NCBI GenBank assembly: GCA_963715985.1
Contig: CAVQSP010000017.1
Span: 245,346-309,345 of the forward strand
DNA: 64,000 nt
From: an uncultured Thermoleophilia bacterium
GTDB taxonomy: Bacteria > Actinomycetota > Thermoleophilia > UBA2241
Direction of reading: 5' to 3'
Shown here: positions 60,310 through 64,000 of the stretch, in pieces
Layout: the number at the start of each line of letters is the position of its first letter
How positions within the stretch are numbered: position 1 is the first letter of the stretch
Made by a program: the position numbers and the translations under genes
The notes under the pieces: model-generated
What the model was told of the DNA's origin: nothing
Databases searched by the model: none
What the model saw: the letters and a program-made list of their open reading frames with translations, nothing else

Positions 60310-61845
60310 ATGGGCGCCAACAACGCCATCGTCGTCATCCTGCCGGGCGTGGTGATCGCCGCGGCCGCGGCCCTGGTCTTCATCGTCGACCTCTTCACCT
60401 CGCGCAAGGGCGTGCTCGCCTGGCTCGCGGCCGCCGGGCTCGTCGCCGGCGCGGCCGTGGCCGTCGGCCAGTGGATCACGTACTCAGGCGGCCTGGCCTT
60501 CAACGCGCGCAAGCCCGAGAGCGGCTTCGCCGGCATGGTGTCCCTCGACAAGTACGCCGTGTTCTGCGTGGTGCTGTTCGCGGCCATCGGCGTGGCCACG
60601 GTGATGCTGTCGGACTCGTACCTCGCCCGCCGTCACGCCGCCCGCGGCGAGTTCTACGGGCTCCTGCTGCTCATCGTCAGCGGCATGATCGGCCTCGCCA
60701 TCAGCACCGACGTCATCGCCTTCTTCGTCTCGTTCGAGCTCATGTCGCTGCCCACGTACATCCTCGCCGGCTACCTGTGGCGCGACGAGCGCTCGGGCGA
60801 GGCGTCGATCAAGTACTTCGTCACCGGCGCCTTCTCCTCGGCCATCCTGGCCTTCGGCCTGGCGCTGCTGTACGGCGCCACCGGCCAGACCACCTATGCA
60901 GGTATCGCCAAGGGCCTGAGCACGCTCACCGCCCCGGACGCGCGCGGCTTCCTCGTGCTCGCCTTCGTGCTCGTGGTCACGGGCTTCGGCTTCAAGATCT
61001 CGGCGGTGCCGTTCCACAGCTGGGCGCCGGACGTGTACGAGGGCGCGCCCACGCCGGTCACCGCCTTCATGTCCACGGGCATCAAGGCCGCCGCCTTCGC
61101 CGGCTTCGCCAAGCTCTTCGTGGTCGCCGCAAGCATCCAGTGGCAGCTGTGGGTGCACACCATGACGATCCTCGCCGTCATCACCATGATCGTCGGGAAC
61201 GTGCTGGCGCTGCCGCAGCGCAACCTCAAGCGCATGCTGGCGTACTCCAGCATCGCCCACGCCGGCTACCTCACGCTGGGCCTCATCGCGGCGGGCACGT
61301 CCGGCGACAGCCTCGGCGTCTCGGCGATCCTCTTCTACCTCGTCACCTACGCGCTCATGAACCTCGGCGCCTTCGGCACGCTCATCTGGATCCGCAACCG
61401 CCGTGCCTTCCGGTACACGCTGGACGAGATGGCCGGGCTCGGCAGGTCCATGCCCTGGCCCGGCATGCTGATGGCCGTGTTCATGGTGTCGCTGGTCGGC
61501 ATCCCGCCGACGGCCGGCTTCTGGGGCAAGTTCTACCTGTTCACGGCCGTCATCCAGGCCGACCTCACGTGGCTCGCCATCGTGGCCGTGATCATGAGCG
61601 CCGTGTCCGCGTACTACTACCTGCGCGTGGTCTGGTACATGTACTTCCGCGAGGCGGAGGCCGGCGAGGCCGCCGCCGCGGGCGCCGCCGCGACCGAGCT
61701 CGTGCCCGCCAATCCTGGGACGTCCCAGGCCGGCGTGGCCGCCGCGGTCGTCATCTGCGCCATCGGCGTCATCGCCGTCGGTCTGTTCCCCGGCCCGCTG
61801 CTGCACGCCGCGCAGGGCGCCGTGCGCGTCGTCCTCGGCGGGTGA
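60310..61845 (+). CDS. nuoN: Complex I antiporter subunit N
   Basis: EASIKYF, FKISAVPFHSWAPDVYEGAPTP, KRMLAYSSIAHAGY, GIPPTAGF.GK. Confidence 0.95.
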   Translation: MGANNAIVVILPGVVIAAAAALVFIVDLFTSRKGVLAWLAAAGLVAGAAVAVGQWITYSGGLAFNARKPESGFAGMVSLDKYAVFCVVLFAAIGVATVMLSDSYLARRHAARGEFYGLLLLIVSGMIGLAISTDVIAFFVSFELMSLPTYILAGYLWRDERSGEASIKYFVTGAFSSAILAFGLALLYGATGQTTYAGIAKGLSTLTAPDARGFLVLAFVLVVTGFGFKISAVPFHSWAPDVYEGAPTPVTAFMSTGIKAAAFAGFAKLFVVAASIQWQLWVHTMTILAVITMIVGNVLALPQRNLKRMLAYSSIAHAGYLTLGLIAAGTSGDSLGVSAILFYLVTYALMNLGAFGTLIWIRNRRAFRYTLDEMAGLGRSMPWPGMLMAVFMVSLVGIPPTAGFWGKFYLFTAVIQADLTWLAIVAVIMSAVSAYYYLRVVWYMYFREAEAGEAAAAGAAATELVPANPGTSQAGVAAAVVICAIGVIAVGLFPGPLLHAAQGAVRVVLGG

Positions 61846-61904
61846 CCGGCCGCCGCGTCCGGCGGCCGGTCCGGGCGAGCGGTCCGGCCCCCTCTCGCGT
61901 CGTC

Positions 61905-62125
61905 TCAGCCTGAGCTGCCGTGAGGGTGCTCGCAGGGCAGCGAGCAGGCCGAGCAGAGGCTGTCGACGTCGCCAGGCTCGTCCCCGAGCTCCACGGCTAT
62001 GCCGTGGAACGGATGCCGGCAGTACCACGTCACGGTGATGCCATCGGCGCCTCTTCTCTGACGATCAGGCTTTGCCGGATGGCCGTCTTCTCGCAGACGA
62101 GGTATGGGCAGGCTGAGCCGGTCAT
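61905..62125 (-). CDS. Small Cys/His-rich protein hidden by a probable 1-nt deletion near 62050
   Basis: MTGSACPYLVCEK...REE/(G)ADGITVTWYCRHPFHG...LCSACSLPCEHPHGSSG*; span is 221 nt, one short of 74 codons. Confidence 0.45.
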
Positions 62126-62256
62126 GTCACGGGAGATTATCTCTCAACGGCCGCGGCTTGGCGCGTATCCGTGCCTCGCGACATCCCGCTATACTCATTG
62201 ACCCGGGCGAGCGGCCCGGCGCATGGGTTCAGCAACGATCAGACAGGGCGGTGCGC

Positions 62257-63033
62257 GTGAACATCCTCTTCGTCGGCGACGTCTTCGGGCAGCCCGGCCG
62301 CGACGCCCTGCTGCGCTGGCTGCCCGGCTACCGCGCGGAGCACGCCGTCGACTTCGTCATCGCCAACGGCGAGAACGTGGCCAACGGCGCCGGCATCACC
62401 AGCAAGCTCGCGCTCAAGCTGCTCGGCGGCGGCGTCGACGTGCTCACCACCGGCAACCACGTCTGGCGCCAGCGCGAGGTGTATTCATTCCTGGCAACGG
62501 ACGAGCGCATCGTCAGGCCGGCCAACTACCCCGCCGGCGCCCCCGGGCGCGGGCTCACCGTGCGGCCCGCCGCCGACGGCAGCGAGGTCGCGGTCATCAA
62601 CCTCGCCGGCGAGCTCTTCATGGGCACCGGCATGTCGCCGTTCCGCATCGTCGACCGCCTCGTCGAGGAGGCGCAGACGCTGGCCGAGGTGATCGTCGTC
62701 GACCTGCACGCCGAGGCGACCAGCGAGAAGGTCGCCATGGGCCACTACCTGGACGGGCGCGTGACCGCCGTTCTGGGCACGCACACGCACGTGCAGACCT
62801 CCGACGCGCGCGTGCTCCCCGGCGGCACCGCCTACATGACCGACGTCGGCATGACCGGCCCGCTGGAGTCGGTGATCGGGGTGCGCACCGAGATCATCGT
62901 GCGCCGCTTCCTCACCGAGCTGCCGGCGATGTTCGAGGTCGCGGACGGGCCCGTGCGCCTGGACGCCGCCCTCATCTCCGTGGAGGGCGGCCGCGCCGCG
63001 GCGATCGAGGCGTTCGAGGTCATCCTCGGCTAG
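62257..63033 (+). CDS. ymdB: YmdB/TIGR00282 metallophosphoesterase
   Basis: LFVGDV.G, NGEN, TGNH, RPANYP, DLHAEATSEK, GTHTHVQT, TDVGMTGP. Confidence 0.9.
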   Translation: MNILFVGDVFGQPGRDALLRWLPGYRAEHAVDFVIANGENVANGAGITSKLALKLLGGGVDVLTTGNHVWRQREVYSFLATDERIVRPANYPAGAPGRGLTVRPAADGSEVAVINLAGELFMGTGMSPFRIVDRLVEEAQTLAEVIVVDLHAEATSEKVAMGHYLDGRVTAVLGTHTHVQTSDARVLPGGTAYMTDVGMTGPLESVIGVRTEIIVRRFLTELPAMFEVADGPVRLDAALISVEGGRAAAIEAFEVILG

Positions 63034-63077
63034 CTGCGACGCCTCGCCGCCTGGCTGCAGGCCGACTCCGCTCCGCC

Positions 63078-64000
63078 TCAACCGTTCTGACGCCGGCCCG
63101 AGCCGTAGGAGTGGGAGTAGTGCGCCGAGTCGCGGCGCTCGCCGACGATCACGACCCCGAGCTTGCGACAGGGCAGGGCGTCGAGCGCCTCGCGCCCCTC
63201 CGCGAGGGTCGCTCGCGAGTCTTGTCGAGGTTGGCCACGAAGAGCAGACCGTCGACGACGGGGGCAGCGCCCCCGCGTCGCCGACGCCGATCAGCGGCGG
63301 CGCGTTGACGAGGACGTAGTCGGCCCCGGAGTTGGCCAGGCGCTTCAGCGTCGTCGCCAGCCTCCGCGAGGCGATGACCTCTCCGGGGTTCGGTGGCAGC
63401 GGCCCCGAGGTGAGGACCTTGAGGGCGCCGCTCTCGAAGGCCGGCGGTGCCAGGCGGGCAGCGGGCGCCGTGAGGAAGCCGGAGCCGTTGGCCCGCCCAC
63501 GTCGAACGTGCGCAGCGCCGTGGCCAGCGGGAGGGTCCCCTGGATGACCGTCGTCAGGCCCGTCTCGTTGGGCAGCGAGAAGGCCTTGTGCACCTGCGGG
63601 TCGCGCAGGTCGGCGTCGACGACGACGACCTTCTTGCCGGCCAGCGCCAGCGTGACCGCGAGGTTGCAGAGGGTCAGCGTCTTGCCCTCCCCTCTGAGGC
63701 TGCTCGTGACCAGCAGGGACTTCCAGCCGTCATCGATGCTCTTCCACTCGAGGTCGCTGCGCAGGACCGCACCGCCTCGGCCACGCTGCCCCCGGCTCGG
63801 TCAGGGTGACGAGGCTCTCCTCGCGCAGCAGGCGGCGCCCCAGGCGCGGCACGCGCCGAGCACGGAGAGGCCGATGATCTTTGCCGGCCTCCGTGTGCGT
63901 CACGCGCGTGTCGAACTGGCCGACGACGAAGGCCAGGGCGATGCCGGCGATGAGGCCGACGCCGAAGCCGATCGTTGCGGAGCGGAGGGGCTTCGGCGAG
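63078..64000 (-). CDS. Polysaccharide co-polymerase / CpsD-CapB-like tyrosine kinase (partial, multiple frameshifts)
   Basis: LLVTSS..GEGKT, NLAVTLA, VVVDADLRDP, LTSGP.PPNP fragments in shifting frames; TM segment at window edge. Confidence 0.75.

Overview
High-GC chromosomal segment, most consistent with an anaerobic or facultative actinobacterium (Thermoleophilia-like; taxonomy is inference). No rRNA, tRNA, CRISPR or mobile element was recognised. The window holds housekeeping and metabolic genes (pncB/pncA, galE, tatC and tatA/B, PBP1A, iorAB-ACT-paaK, lsrF-like, ccdA/tlpA, DAG kinase, PHP phosphatase), several signalling genes, and a ~15 kb complex I-like operon. The main discovery is in that operon: nuoI is split. 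Its N-terminal half is fused to a NuoE/HydC subunit, and its C-terminal half is fused to the end of a NuoG-N/GltD (StnC/NfnB-like) subunit, with a HydB-type NuoF between them. This looks like an Stn/HydABC-like electron-bifurcating module inserted into nuoI of an 11-subunit complex I. Other notable items: a probable selenoprotein (FmdB zinc ribbon ending F-G-UGA-G-stop with a well-placed SECIS hairpin) under a CsoR-type operator; three apparent pseudoenzymes (CobB/CbiA-like, family-4 UDG-like, GGDEF); two small DRR/ERR-repeat proteins; and two sigma28-like promoters. Several single-base frameshifts (M6 protease, nuoH, nuoM, cpsD-like) look like sequencing or assembly indels. Family assignments come from motif recognition by eye, not database searches.
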